A DNA stretch of 64,000 bases. Source: Guillardia theta CCMP2712 (Eukaryota > Protista > Cryptophyta). The position numbers and the translations under genes were made by a program. Shown in pieces: positions 23,755-38,171 of the stretch. The number at the start of each line of letters is the position of its first letter. Within the stretch, counting starts at the first letter, position 1. Location of the stretch: the NCBI RefSeq assembly GCF_000315625.1, contig NW_005434595.1:62001-126000 (forward strand), in the 5' to 3' direction. The notes beneath the pieces were generated by a model. That model saw nothing but the letters and a program-made list of their open reading frames with translations. It was not told the origin of the DNA and ran no database searches.

Positions 23755-26425
23755 TCACTTTAAATCTTCTTGATCGCAAATGAAAGTGAAAGGTCTTGAA
23801 TCTGAGTTCCAAACCTTGCCACGCTTGTAAGGTTGATAGCAAGAAGGCCGGCACCATTCCTCCCTCACCGTTCCTTGGACGGAACAATTCTTGATCACCA
23901 TCATCGCGACGGTAGAGTTAGTCTCGTTGAAGAAAGTCCCATCCGGATTCTCTGTATCAAGGCATGACAAGCGTGGAGGGTCGGAACTTGAACAACTACC
24001 TTCAGGTGTCAACAGGCTGTAAAGATTTCCTTGTTCATCCTCTTGGAATCTGCCGCGTCTTGTCAGCTCACACCATTTCACGCCTTTCCCGATCAAAACT
24101 GCCCTCATTAATTTCTCCCCTTCTCCCCCTTTGCTTCCCTCCTTCCTGAATGCTGTTGATCTGCAATTGTTCCCATCTCCTAACCATCCTGCCTCTTTCT
24201 TGACTGCTCTGTCTTCACCTCTCGGACTCAACGATCGCGCCAAACTCTGAAGAAAACATTTTCTTGTTAGAGACGACAAGAGCAGGCTTTCATCACCTTT
24301 ATGGTATTCTTCGGGGACTGGATAGTACACCTCAACAGCACTGTGAGTTTTTGCATGGAAAAAAATCTCGTACCTCTGACCAGAATGCTGCATGCTTGCA
24401 ATTATAGATCAAACAAGATTCCAACTGTCGAAAACTCAAAGGATGAAAGAGTTTTATCGCTTATCTGACCTCAACGTGAGCGAATTGTGCCAAGTGAACT
24501 GCAAGCCGGCATCTGTTGAACTCACAGCCATTGACGTAAACTGCAGACTATTCAAACCTCTCGACAAGAGAAGGTACAGACATGAAGGTAAGAGAACATG
24601 ACGAACGGTACAACAGCTTGCAAACATGCACAAAATGGTCAATCACAAGGGACTGGAGAGGGAGACTAGAGAACTGGTGAGTGATGGAGAGTCAACAAGT
24701 AGGATTGTAGAGTAGATGGATCAGGGGAGAGAGGAAGCCAAGTCATACTTCACCTTGGGAGCAGTCATTGAGGGCGATGGCACATCCTCCTTCAAACCCT
24801 ATGTCCTCAAGCACACACCTGTTCAAGGACACGTTGCTGTTGGCTATCATAGCCACTCCGTAGAAGGCAAGGCCAGGGAGAGTTTCATGGTAGCGGACCT
24901 CCGGCCCTGTTCCTCCGATGAAAGAGTCTCTTAGTTGCACCTGACTGTTACAGGCCGCAAGGATACAGGTGACGTGGGAGCTCTTGAAGCAGCAGTGATC
25001 GATAAGCCAAGGGCCGGAGAAGACCTGCAAACTTCAATGTCACTACGAACACACAGCAACGCTCTGCGCTACCCGCATGAGAGTCTGACGAAAGATGGAG
25101 GTATAACAGATGAAGACATTCGAAAACGACCCACAAGACCCGTCGAACATACACCATTGGCCATGAAGCTTCGTCGCAAGCACACCCTCCCATCGGTCCG
25201 ACAACTTTGAGCAGTTGATTTGCTCGTGTTTGACATGCTTCGGCTTCGCACGCACTTGACCGCAGATGTGGAAGGGCGTGTTGTTCTTGTCCAGCTGCAG
25301 CTCCCATCGAGGATAATCTTCTGATCCTGCACCCCACTTGTGTGTTCCTTTCCTGCAAACCAACCGCTGCCCTGCCTTGACAGCCCTCACAGCTCTGAAG
25401 AGGAAGGAGACGTCGTCAGGAACGTATACGTCATCGAGCTCTCCCGCTCTTGGAGGATGTTGAAACATCTCAACCCCTGGCGCTCTGCTGCATGGAAAGA
25501 ACTCGTCAAAGATTGCAGGACCAGGAATAAAATTGTTCAGAGTGTCAAAGTCGACTCGTTTCTCCTTGACCCGTTCATGTGTTGCATCATAGAAGAACTG
25601 AACAGTCTGCTCCCCTCCAAACTGCTTCACAAGATCGTCATGGTACATGGGATCATCCAGTCCTCCACTGTACAAGAAGATGGGCCCGTTCTCTTCATAT
25701 ACCACTGCTGACCACGACTCCGGCACTGGCCCGTACCACTCGGAGAATTTCTCTGCAAGAGTTCCGGTGAACAGGAAGGAGACATTCTGGGTGGGATCCA
25801 CACGCAGGTGAAACTCCCGAGGAAGCTGATCAGGCGGAACTCTTAGGATGTTTCTACTCTTGTCATAGTACTCCTCAGTGTAAGGGCTTTCACTAGAGTT
25901 CATCACATACTTTCCCAGGCCATACACGTCTCGCAGCCTCTGAGGCCGCATTCGCTCGGGTGGGATGTAGTCTGTTGCGTTGAGGGACTCGCGATATCGC
26001 TCGAGGCCCTTCCCCTGATATTCTGGGAAGAAGCCATTGTTCCAGCCTCCAACAGGGATCAGGTAGGGGTGGTTTTGTATCTCCTCCTCTGTCAGACCCT
26101 CGTCCGCCCTTACAATGGTGGGGTCTGGCTCTATCTGTCTCACCCAATCAGGAGCTTGAGTGTCCAGGGGGTTGTAGTCCGGGTCGTCTTCCTCGTCCGT
26201 GTAATAGTATGACCCAGAGTCATCTTCGTCTGCTCCATCATACCACAAGCCTCCCCTCAGGGAAATGGTCGATCGTTGTTGTTTAATGTACAGACGTTTC
26301 TGAAGCAGCACCGGCAAAAGTCTCGCTCCCAGTGCACCACCACTGCGGGTGCTGTAGGATACTGCTACAGTGTCTAACTGGACAACCAAGAGGAATTGGA
26401 AGCAAAAAATGGCCGACAAACTCAT
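23755..26425 (-). CDS. Signal-peptide protein with right-handed beta-helix (pectin-lyase-like) repeats
   Basis: MSLSAIFCFQFLLVVQLDTVAVS leader, ISLRGG, acidic patch, then beta-helix-like exons (GPWLIDHCCF, SNVSLNRCVLEDIG, VIKNCSVQG). Domain call is tentative. Confidence 0.55.
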
Positions 26426-27111
26426 TCCGACGAAACTGAATCTTCGATTCCCTGTCCTATCTCCTCCTCGTCCCTTATCGTTCACGGAATCTCTCTCCAG
26501 CACCATTCTTGTCCTCTTTTCTACTTGCATCCTTCCTGTTCCCTCTCTCCCTCCCCCCTCCCCCTTCCCTCCTCTCTTCATACCCTGTACTTCGCTGTGC
26601 CCATGGCGGGTCTCATCGATTGGGTTCAAATTGAACACCAAAGATTGAAATTTGAAAGCAAAAAATGAAACTGTAGAAGAACAGATCTATTGTTTGCTGC
26701 CCTTATATTCTCCTTATAAGTCTCCTGAGGCGGACACCACTGGGTAGTTCAAGAGTTTGACTACCGTACCCTGTAATCAAATAATTGACCACCCACCCCG
26801 AGCTAGGACTTGGTGGGGCGGGCCGCTCCAGGCTGTATGAACTTCGGACATGGAATAGCCTCAACTGCACCCGGTACGGTACGATAGTCGCCGGCATTCC
26901 TTAGCTGAGGCAGGGCAGGGGTGGGGTGATGCAGGTACCCTGATTTATATGCGATGAAAGTGAGTCCTTTGTAGGGGTAGGGTAGTCAATGACACATCAT
27001 GAATTGTGGGCGGGGGGTGGGGGTAGGTGGGTTCAGTAGGGGTGGTGGACCCGATGGTACTACGGAAGTGGCCCAGGCTGATCAGGTGAGTTGAAATCCC
27101 AGGGCGGTCAG

Positions 27112-30100
27112 ATGGCGGGAGAGGAGGAAAGGAGGGCAGCTACGGCGAGGAAGGGAGGAGGACAGGGAGCGCGAGGCGCGAGAGACGAGGAGCAAGGGAG
27201 AAAGGATACAAGCTCATACAAGCTTCAGGCTGGAGGGGCCTTCAGTGAAGTGGATAGAAGCAAGGACTCGGTATCTTCGCTGGTATGTATCCATGTCATA
27301 CAGGGGAAAGATTTCTTGGAGCAAGGATCCAAAGAGATGGTCTGTTGTGCGCTAGTGTATGAGTGTGAGGAGGATGTAGACGTCGATGATCTTCTTTCCA
27401 TGGACTTCGACTCTGAATGTCTGAAAGTTGGTGGTGAAAGATTCAAACGTTTCAAAAGGACTGAGAATCCGTCGATAGAGATGTTCTCTGTCTTGAAACA
27501 AGTCGATGGAGCCATAGACCTGACGGACCCACAAAAGTTTGAAATCACACCGAGCAATGATGATAGAATCACAGAGCAGAGTCTCGTGGTGGTTATCACG
27601 ATACTTGACAAGGAAGGAGCCGAGAAGGGCCTCGATCAATCCGCGAGAGTGATTCTTCCCATCAAGGCAGGAGTTGAGTATGAAGGTTGGTACACACTCT
27701 TCACTGAGGAGCAGCTTCCTGCTCTTGGTTTCTCCGAGCACCCGATGCAAATCTACCTCAAATGTCACTACTCCCCCGTCAACTCGCCTGATGCTAAGGA
27801 GGTAGAGTTCAAGCAGGCCGAGGATGCAGTGACGAGATTCTTCTCTCTCGTTGAGCAACCTGTGTCTCCTCTCCTGACGGGAAACCATCAGCCTGACCGC
27901 AACGCCCTTGCAAGGACGCTCGTGTTTGATCAAGAACCTGTGTCTGTTCCTCCGGCCACGTCGTCGAAGAAGTCTTCTGGCAAATCCAGTCCTGAGAGTG
28001 ACCAAGTTCAGCAAGGGGAGTATGTATTCAATCTCACAATCATTGAAGCTCAGTATCTGCCTGATCTCGGTCAAGAGCCAGAGATAGTTTGCAACGTGTC
28101 ACTGATCAATGCCGGAACAAGTATGGAGTACAGCCGTTATTCCACGTTGCGGCATGACTTTACAGATAGAACTTCAGCTACGAAAGAGAAACCGCATTTC
28201 AGGAACATCTCACAAACATCAATGTGCATACCTCAACAACAATGCAAAACTTCGATATCTCACAGCCTACATCATGCCAGATGGAATGACAAATTCGAGT
28301 TGTACGAAGCTCACAATTCTTTCGAAGATCTGTCTGGAAACGCGATGGCTCCGCTGAATGCGCAGCCGCTTCTTCTAATCATCACAATCAGCCAAAACGA
28401 GACCTTCGGGCCTCAGGGATACTACGGAAAGATCGTTCTTCCTGTAAGATACGGAGCGCAGACCGACAGGTGGTTCAATGTAATGGACGCGAATGGAACA
28501 GCGCAGTTGGGAATCAATGGAATGCATTCAAAGATTCACCTTCACCTAGAATATCAGAGTACAGACTCAAAGAGAAACTCTGGAAACTCCAACTCGGAAG
28601 AAGAGATGGATCGATGGAATTCAATGGTCTTCCGGATTTCCAGCCCCATGACTTCCTCCCTTACTGACGCTGTTGCCGTGGAATCTAGACTGGTGGGAAA
28701 GGATGGGCAGCATATAGTGACTAAGAACCAAGGTTTTGTTGCTATCAGTTTGTCAGCTCTAGGAGATCTCGATTGTCTCATGTTGGATCGAGATGCTCAG
28801 TTGTTCTGGAGAGTTTCAGTCCTGCATCCGTCAACATGCCTACAATTCTGTGATTCGCTTATGGTTGAGCACCAGTCCCCGGAGAGGAGCAGCAAACTGA
28901 GTTTTGACGGTCGACCTGGCAGGATTGTGGCGCAGATCGAAACGCACAAACAGAGGCTAGGAAAGCCATGGAACGAAACCTTCGAGCTGAAGACAGTGAA
29001 CCCCAACTCAGTGATAGTGAGACGCAAGAATGGCGTCATGGAGGTCATGTACTCAGAGGAGAAGGTCAAGTTTGACCAGCCGTTGATAGTCTTTCTTACA
29101 TTGCACTCGCAAACTTGGGGAGGTGAAAGCATGATAGCATTTGCTGTGAAGGAAATCGTGCCAGGAGGTGTGATAGACGACCAGCTGTTGTTGAAGCAGT
29201 GTGATGGTTCTCTGATCAAGCACGATGAAAACAAGACTTGCACTGTAGGACTACATTGTGACTACGTGAGTTATTTCCCTGAGTCAGCTCAAGGTCGATC
29301 GCAATCGAGTGGAAGGAAGAATTCAGAGTCGGCATTCCATGAGCATGATAGGAGCTCGCAGGAGATATATGCTTTGAACCAACTTCTAGAAAACGAACGG
29401 AAGAAGAATGAAAAGCTTGAGATGCAATGTGCTGAAATGGAAAGAAGAATGGTCAAACTTGATAGCAAACTTGCACAAGAGAGACAAAGGTGCAAATCTT
29501 TGGAGTCGGAATTACAGAAAACAAAGCAACTTGTCAAGGAAAGTACTGATTTTGCAGCTGCTGCTCAGAATCAGATGAAAGTATCACGCACAATTTGTAA
29601 ATATGCTGTTGAAAGTATGAAGAATCAAATCTATCATCTAAGCGAGAAGATTTCAAATCACAAGGAGCATGATTCTGAAAAAAAGGAGACTTTGATGAAA
29701 TCACACATGCAAATCTTAGACACTTTCTCAGACGCGCTTGAAATTTTGACGGCCTTCTCCTCAACAAGGGACCTTGCAATAAGGGAAAGCATCAACAATG
29801 CTGGGATCTTGATAGAAGATGGCAAGAAAGTTATATCAAGAATCTCAAAATCCACAACCCGAAGGAAAAGCAGCTTCAGCGTTGATGTATCACCAGAGGT
29901 GTCAGGTTCAAGAGGGGAGAAACCCTCTCCTGTCTTAACGTCTCGCCATGACATGAGCAGTAGCCTGGTCCCTAACGCTGATCTATCTACCTCCCTTTCT
30001 GAGGACGAGTCCGATGATTCGAACCGGCGGTCTGACATCAAATCAGCCCGTCGTGCGCCGGCGCACCATGTCAAGGCTTCAATCCTTCACATCTTGGATC

Positions 30101-30741
30101 AGATTCAGATCGAAATGAACCTTGTGAGGACCCTGATGAATCAGAGAGACAGAGTTTGCTCGAAGTTCATCAAAGAGTTTGTTGATATGAAGTCGAGGGG
30201 GCCAGCGACGGAAAGTTCAAACAGTCGGGCGATTGCAGAGTTGCTCTGGAAGATTGCTGAGTGTAAGTCCGACTTTCATTATCAAGTCATCGACGACGAT
30301 GCCATCCTGGGGGCGTTGGACGACACGGTCTTGGAGTACATCTTGCGCAATCGAAACCTCCACGAGAAACTGGCTGCACAGAGAGACTGGCAAGTTCTGA
30401 AGCACGAGGCTGTCAGGAAGTCGGAGGCTGGCAGGACGCAGACAAAGGAGGAAACTCCGAGGAAGCGTGCCCCCCTGCCTCACGAGAGCCCAGAACACTC
30501 TGGGTATCCCTATCAAACTCGTGTTGAGAGCAAAGTGAAGGAAAGGAAGTCACCTCCGCTGTCCTCAGCCAAGAAATCTGCTGATACTCCTCACAGACTG
30601 CAACCGAAGGCGGCGGGAGCAGCAGCAGACAAATCTCGACACGCCTCCTCCTCTCCTCCCGTTTCAGGCGCTAAACACACTGAGACGAAGCCGATGGCCA
30701 ATACAAGCGCGAGGAAAAGTCCCTCATACCTCTATGCCTAG
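27112..30741 (+). CDS. Large intronless protein with three C2-like domains and a coiled coil
   Basis: 1216-codon ORF. C2-like segments CIHVIQGKDFL..., FNLTIIEAQYLP...ARWNDKFEL...YGKIVLPV...DRWFNV, and PWNETFEL. Heptad E/K region LNQLLENERKKNEKLE... Confidence 0.75.
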   Translation: MAGEEERRAATARKGGGQGARGARDEEQGRKDTSSYKLQAGGAFSEVDRSKDSVSSLVCIHVIQGKDFLEQGSKEMVCCALVYECEEDVDVDDLLSMDFDSECLKVGGERFKRFKRTENPSIEMFSVLKQVDGAIDLTDPQKFEITPSNDDRITEQSLVVVITILDKEGAEKGLDQSARVILPIKAGVEYEGWYTLFTEEQLPALGFSEHPMQIYLKCHYSPVNSPDAKEVEFKQAEDAVTRFFSLVEQPVSPLLTGNHQPDRNALARTLVFDQEPVSVPPATSSKKSSGKSSPESDQVQQGEYVFNLTIIEAQYLPDLGQEPEIVCNVSLINAGTSMEYSRYSTLRHDFTDRTSATKEKPHFRNISQTSMCIPQQQCKTSISHSLHHARWNDKFELYEAHNSFEDLSGNAMAPLNAQPLLLIITISQNETFGPQGYYGKIVLPVRYGAQTDRWFNVMDANGTAQLGINGMHSKIHLHLEYQSTDSKRNSGNSNSEEEMDRWNSMVFRISSPMTSSLTDAVAVESRLVGKDGQHIVTKNQGFVAISLSALGDLDCLMLDRDAQLFWRVSVLHPSTCLQFCDSLMVEHQSPERSSKLSFDGRPGRIVAQIETHKQRLGKPWNETFELKTVNPNSVIVRRKNGVMEVMYSEEKVKFDQPLIVFLTLHSQTWGGESMIAFAVKEIVPGGVIDDQLLLKQCDGSLIKHDENKTCTVGLHCDYVSYFPESAQGRSQSSGRKNSESAFHEHDRSSQEIYALNQLLENERKKNEKLEMQCAEMERRMVKLDSKLAQERQRCKSLESELQKTKQLVKESTDFAAAAQNQMKVSRTICKYAVESMKNQIYHLSEKISNHKEHDSEKKETLMKSHMQILDTFSDALEILTAFSSTRDLAIRESINNAGILIEDGKKVISRISKSTTRRKSSFSVDVSPEVSGSRGEKPSPVLTSRHDMSSSLVPNADLSTSLSEDESDDSNRRSDIKSARRAPAHHVKASILHILDQIQIEMNLVRTLMNQRDRVCSKFIKEFVDMKSRGPATESSNSRAIAELLWKIAECKSDFHYQVIDDDAILGALDDTVLEYILRNRNLHEKLAAQRDWQVLKHEAVRKSEAGRTQTKEETPRKRAPLPHESPEHSGYPYQTRVESKVKERKSPPLSSAKKSADTPHRLQPKAAGAAADKSRHASSSPPVSGAKHTETKPMANTSARKSPSYLYA

Positions 30742-30803
30742 AGCGCGATTGAAAGTTTTAATTTGATTGATGATGATGATGAATTACTAGAGCAGTCAAG
30801 ACA

Positions 30804-31431
30804 TCAAAGAATGAATAAAGAATAGATAGAATAAAGCATTAACCCCGCACCGAATCCTATCCTTATCCCCGTGCACTGATAACACAATGATTTTGCCGTC
30901 ACGAGGCGATTAGAATGGTGAGGACTACTAGGATCAAAAGCTACTGCACATTCCTTTCCTTGGGAGAAATCTTGCTGAAGTTGAGTCGATTCTTGCAAAC
31001 AAGCGTCAAAGACGACATGTCAAACTCAAGGTACCTTGTGATGAGGCGATGAATCGGAGCTCGCCCTCGTAAGAAGTTCCCAGCAGGTCGCTAAAAACAT
31101 ACTTAACCTCCCAATTGCAACGATGCTCAGTCACGAATATCCCCGTCTTCACTTCTTCCATCATAACGGAAATTATTTTCCCCTCTGTCACCTTCCATGT
31201 ACCAACGGACTCCTCGTCGTAGATCTCTTTCAACCCGTGCAAGACAACAAAGCTGCCAGCAAGGGCGAATCCGCTCCATAGCACGCGATCAAGAAGAGGG
31301 GGCGGCTTGCGGCCTGTGCGCGATGGAGATTGAGCCAACCAGCGATGGACATGCGTCCTTGGCGGCTGCCGATGGCCCCGTGCATGCCGGATCAACTTGC
31401 AGCAAGCACTTCCAAGACCTGAGACTCGCAT
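30804..31431 (-). CDS. DUF3592-like two-TM protein
   Basis: TM, then WKVTEGKIISV...VKYVF...YEG, GKECAVAFDPSSP, and a C-terminal TM; two exons. Confidence 0.65.
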
Positions 31432-32115
31432 CGTGCTTATTATTAGACTCTGAGAACAAATGTCAGACCCTCATGGCATCTCAGAGTACAAGAAGATCTC
31501 AACATTCTCAGAAACGGATGTCTGCAGAGCTCAACATGTTCAAATGATATATCCGGATTTATTTGTCACATCTCAACCAGATCTCATACCCGCAATTCTC
31601 CCTCTCCTGTCTCCATCTCTCTCCTCTCTCCTCTCCTCCGTCCTCCCTCCTCTCCCCTCCTCTGCTCTCCTCTGTCCTCTGTCCTCTGTCCTCTGTCTTC
31701 TCCTCTCTCCCTCTCCTCTCCTCTTTCCCCTCTCCCTCATTCTATCCTGTTGGAGGCGTTTCTCATTGCGCCTGTTGCATTTCTGAGGCAGACCCGACAG
31801 CCTTCCAGTAGCTAAAAATTAGCTTCCGACCCAATGGCTTACTAGGGCGCAATGGCGTACCAGCTTACAGCTCCTCGTCGCCTCCTCTGCTGCTGCTCCT
31901 GCCGCGCGTCTCCTTCTGATGCTGCCTCTTCCTCCCCTCCCTCGCTCATGCATCCTCAGACTTGAAGTCCCTGCTCCTCCTCCTTCCCTCCCTCTCGTCT
32001 CGCATTTTCCCCATCACACTCCCCCCCTCCCCACCGTTGTTGTCGATTGTCATGAGATAGACAGAACTGACTGTGTTTCCTTTGCTCAGTCACTGACTAC
32101 CCGATAGTTTCAGAT

Positions 32116-34684
32116 ATGGAAGCATCGAGGCCCCTCGCCGCTCATCTTTCCTCTCCTTCCAGCCTGTCCAAGCTTCAGCATGCGCTCCAGAGATCGAGGG
32201 TTTGTTGGTTGCGTCCAGCGGGTCTCCGCTTCATGTCCAGCGGCCAAGGAGAAGCTGACAAGAAGAGGCTACACTACGACCTCTGCGTGATCGGAGCTGG
32301 TCCAGGCGGATGGGCCGGGGCTGTGAGAGGATGGGACTTAGGAAAGAAGACGTGCGTGATAGAGAGCAGGGGAGGGCTGGGAGGTGTGGCAGTCTGGGGA
32401 GGAGCGATTGGTGGCAAGGTCATGCTGGAGGTGGGGAAGGGACTTCGACGGGCTCGTCCGCACCTCAAGGGGGAAGCAGCAGCGACAGCAGACGGAGGAG
32501 TTTGGGCGGAAGTGAGGAGGAGGACGCGGCTTGCGATGTTGGAGCGAGCTACTCAGCTGGACCAGCAGCTGATCTCGCTGGGGCAGACGAGGAGGTTCAA
32601 CCGCCCGACCCTGAAGAGAGCAGAGAAGAGCGGGACGATCCAGAAGTGGAAGGGAGACGCTCGTTTCCTCTCTCCTAACGAAGTGTCTGTTGGGGAGAAC
32701 CTGGTCATAGAGGCGAATCACTTCCTGGTTGCAACTGGCAGCATCCCCATTCCGCTCCCCAAGTTTCCTGCTGATGGAGAGTACATTGTGACTACCCAGC
32801 AGCTGCTCAAGTCGGCTGAGACTATCCCTCAGAGTGTGATCATTCTAGGTGGGCAGCTTTGAAAGCTTTGAGCCAAACTCCACTGAAATGCTGGCAGGAG
32901 GAACAGTGTTGGGCTGCGAGACAGCGACGCTTCTTGCTTCTCTTGGGACTCCCAAGGTGAAGTGACTACGAAGAAGTGGAGGAGGAGCCCTGATACCCCG
33001 GAACAGATCCATGTCATCAACAGCGAAGCCGCTCTCTTCCCCGACGACGATGCGGTGCTGCCACGTTTTGACGATTTTGACGGAGTTTGTGACCTCGTTC
33101 GCCAGGACATCGCGGCCTTTGCCATGGACTCGTTAGAGAGGGATGGAGTTCACGTGCATCATCAGGTTCAGTTCAGCCTCCTCCTCCTCTGCTCTGATCC
33201 CCCAGTCTGCAGTCCTACCTGGAATTCGCCAAGATCCACCCAGAGGAGAAGCTGATAGAGTGCAGGTCTTGCTGTGTTTGCTACAAGAAAGACGTTTAAT
33301 CTCATCGTCAGGATTGTACACACCCGATGGAGTCAGAACGTTGAGGCTGGCGGGCATGCTGTTCCGCACAGGCACCACCAACCTCACAAGCATAGGGGGT
33401 TTGACTCTTTATCAGGATCAGCAGAACCTACCGGGTAGAAAAGTTGATCCTTTGCAATGGGAGGATCCCAAACACGGAAGTGAGAAACGGGAGGCATGCT
33501 AGCACGTCTGCTCTGACCGGAGATGTAGAACTTGAAACTCAAGGACGCTGGGGTCGAGTGCGATGCCAACGGCAACATCCTGGTCGACGAGCACAACAGG
33601 CAGAGTAGAAGAGAGAGGAGGAGGAAGACGCTGATGTCTCACGCAGATCAAGGAGTGCTGAGCATGTCTACTTTGCTGGAGACATTCTCGGGAAGCTCGG
33701 GCTGTCTGCAGTAGCAGAGATGCAGGTGATCGAGGGGGACGAGGAGGGGGCGAGGAGGAGCTAACTGCTGAGCAGGGACGATACGCGGTGGAACACATGT
33801 TCTCGCAGCAGTATGCGGTGAAACCTTCCTATGATGGTCTCTGCACGGTCATGCACATCAACCCCGAGGTGACTTTTAGCTGTGAAGGCTGGCGGGGGCT
33901 GAGACGAGTGCAGGTTGCCTTCGTTGGCATGTGCGAGGAGGAGGCGAGGAGGCGCGACTTGCCGCACATCGTCGCCAAGGTTGTGAAGAGATAAGAAGAG
34001 ATGAGATGAGATGAGATGAGATGAGATGAGATGAGATGAGATGAGTTGAGATGAGTTGAGTTGAGTTGAGGCCGCTTATGTATTGTGCTGATTGCCTTTG
34101 AAGATCGTGTTGGAGAACTGTGCGAGTGGGCTAATCAAGAAATATTCCACCTTCCTCCCCAGCGTCGAGGTAAACCTGAGCCAAGTGATACCTTACATGT
34201 GATCGCCTCCTCGTCATCAGTATGGAGAGAAGGTCGAGGATCCTTTCGAAGTCCCCGAATCGTGAGGGATAGTGCAAGTATTGTCCTCACTGACCTGCTC
34301 CCTCAAGCTCCCTGGGGTTTGTCAAGATTGTCGTGCTCAACGATGAGTCGCAGAGGCTCCTTGGTGTGCGATGCGCCGGAGAGGTACCTCTCGAAACCTT
34401 CCAGCCTCGTCGTCATGCTAGTCGCAGGGAGCGAGGAGCGTCATCCAGGCTGCTGCTATTCTCATAGGTGCCCACAGCCTTCTCGCACTCGATCCCCTAC
34501 TCATCCTCCTCCTTCAGAGAGCCGCCAGCACGTCCGCGCTCTAGCGCGATCCTCCCACCCCTTCCCCTCCATACTGGAGGCCTTGCAGGAGGTCTTGATA
34601 GAGTTTGACTTTATTCTTGCTAACCCGCAAGCTGTCAGTGCGTCCGGATGGTCCTGGGGACAAGCATCCACAAGCATCACTTGA
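32116..34684 (+). CDS. Class I pyridine nucleotide-disulfide oxidoreductase (DLD/SthA-like) lacking the redox Cys pair
   Basis: YDLCVIGAGPGG (FAD-binding), FLVATGSIP, VIILGG, LKDAGVECDANGNILVDE, YFAGD, INPEVAFVGMCEEEAR, C-terminal HPFPSILEALQE. Arg/Ser-rich, mitochondrial-like N-terminus. Confidence 0.85.
33997..34070. repeat. (GAGAT)n/(GAGTT)n pentamer microsatellite
   Basis: Direct read; intronic. Confidence 0.95.
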
Positions 34685-34853
34685 TACCGGACAACACGAC
34701 CTACATTCGGACATATGTCCCTTCAGGTTCCTCCCGTGAGCGAAGAGGAGGGAGAGACTAACTAGAGCACAGGGAAAATGTTCTACGAGGGCTCCGAGGA
34801 CGAGCATGTCGACCGACCGACGGTTCCGACTTATCTCCGATGAAGGGAGGAGG

Positions 34854-37279
<2,426 letters not shown>

Positions 37280-37618
37280 TGCGACTACTCCACTTCGTGA
37301 TTCGGAGGGGTAGTCGGTCGAATATTGTAAGATCCCCAATGGGGGTGGGGTTATATGATCATCTTGATATTGCGAGGGGTAGGTAGATCATGGTACAGGG
37401 GACAGAACAGGGGTCATATCTGATTATTTGGTTGTCATTTGTGAGGGTACGGTACTCTCAGATAATTTTCTCAAGGGGTAGGGTAATAAGCCAGGGAAAG
37501 GTGATGGTAGTCCTACAGGGTGGGGGTGGGGCAGAAGCCAGGGTGTCTTGTAAAGGGCCATGAGTGGGGATGAGGATCAATCACGTTTTGCCGGCCCGCC
37601 TCTGGACGATGACTTCAT

Positions 37619-38171
37619 TGTCAGGCAACACCGGGTAAGAGAGCTAGCCTATTTTCTGGATGATCGGCTCCTGGATCGGCTCCAGATCAGGCTCAGGATG
37701 ATGTCGGGCAGGTCATAGTCAGGGTCATAGTGGCGGGCCATGCAGGGAACGTGGGAGCGAAGAAGCCAAGTGAAGGACTGAACGATAGGAGTAAAAAGGG
37801 ATACACACCCAGAAGCTTTTCTCCTCAGGCATCGGGAGTTCATAGTCTGCGACCGGCATCAGACCTACCCGCACGACAGGCGTGTGTAAGAGTGACGTGC
37901 TCGTATCCTTGAGATAGCGGGACAGACAGTCGGAGATCCTTCAGACGTTGTGATCATTTATGAAGACTAGATCTATCTCATCCTGTTTGCACTTTGAGCA
38001 CAACTTTCTCTTCGTACAGCACGCATGTCGCTGCCTCCTCCAGCTCAGGAGAGCTTGCCGCCTCTATCGTCAACCTTGTTGTGCCTTGAGAACCTTTACG
38101 CAGCGGAAGCCCCTCCATCTTCCAATCTCTTCACCCCTTCCATATCCAACCATGCTCCCTCCTTCCTGACA
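37619..38171. mobile_element. Putative solo LTR (553 bp), family A
   Basis: Termini TGTCAGG...CCTGACA (7-bp inverted repeat). It abuts the truncated first repeat copy. Flanks (ttcat / acatc) give no clean TSD. Confidence 0.55.
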
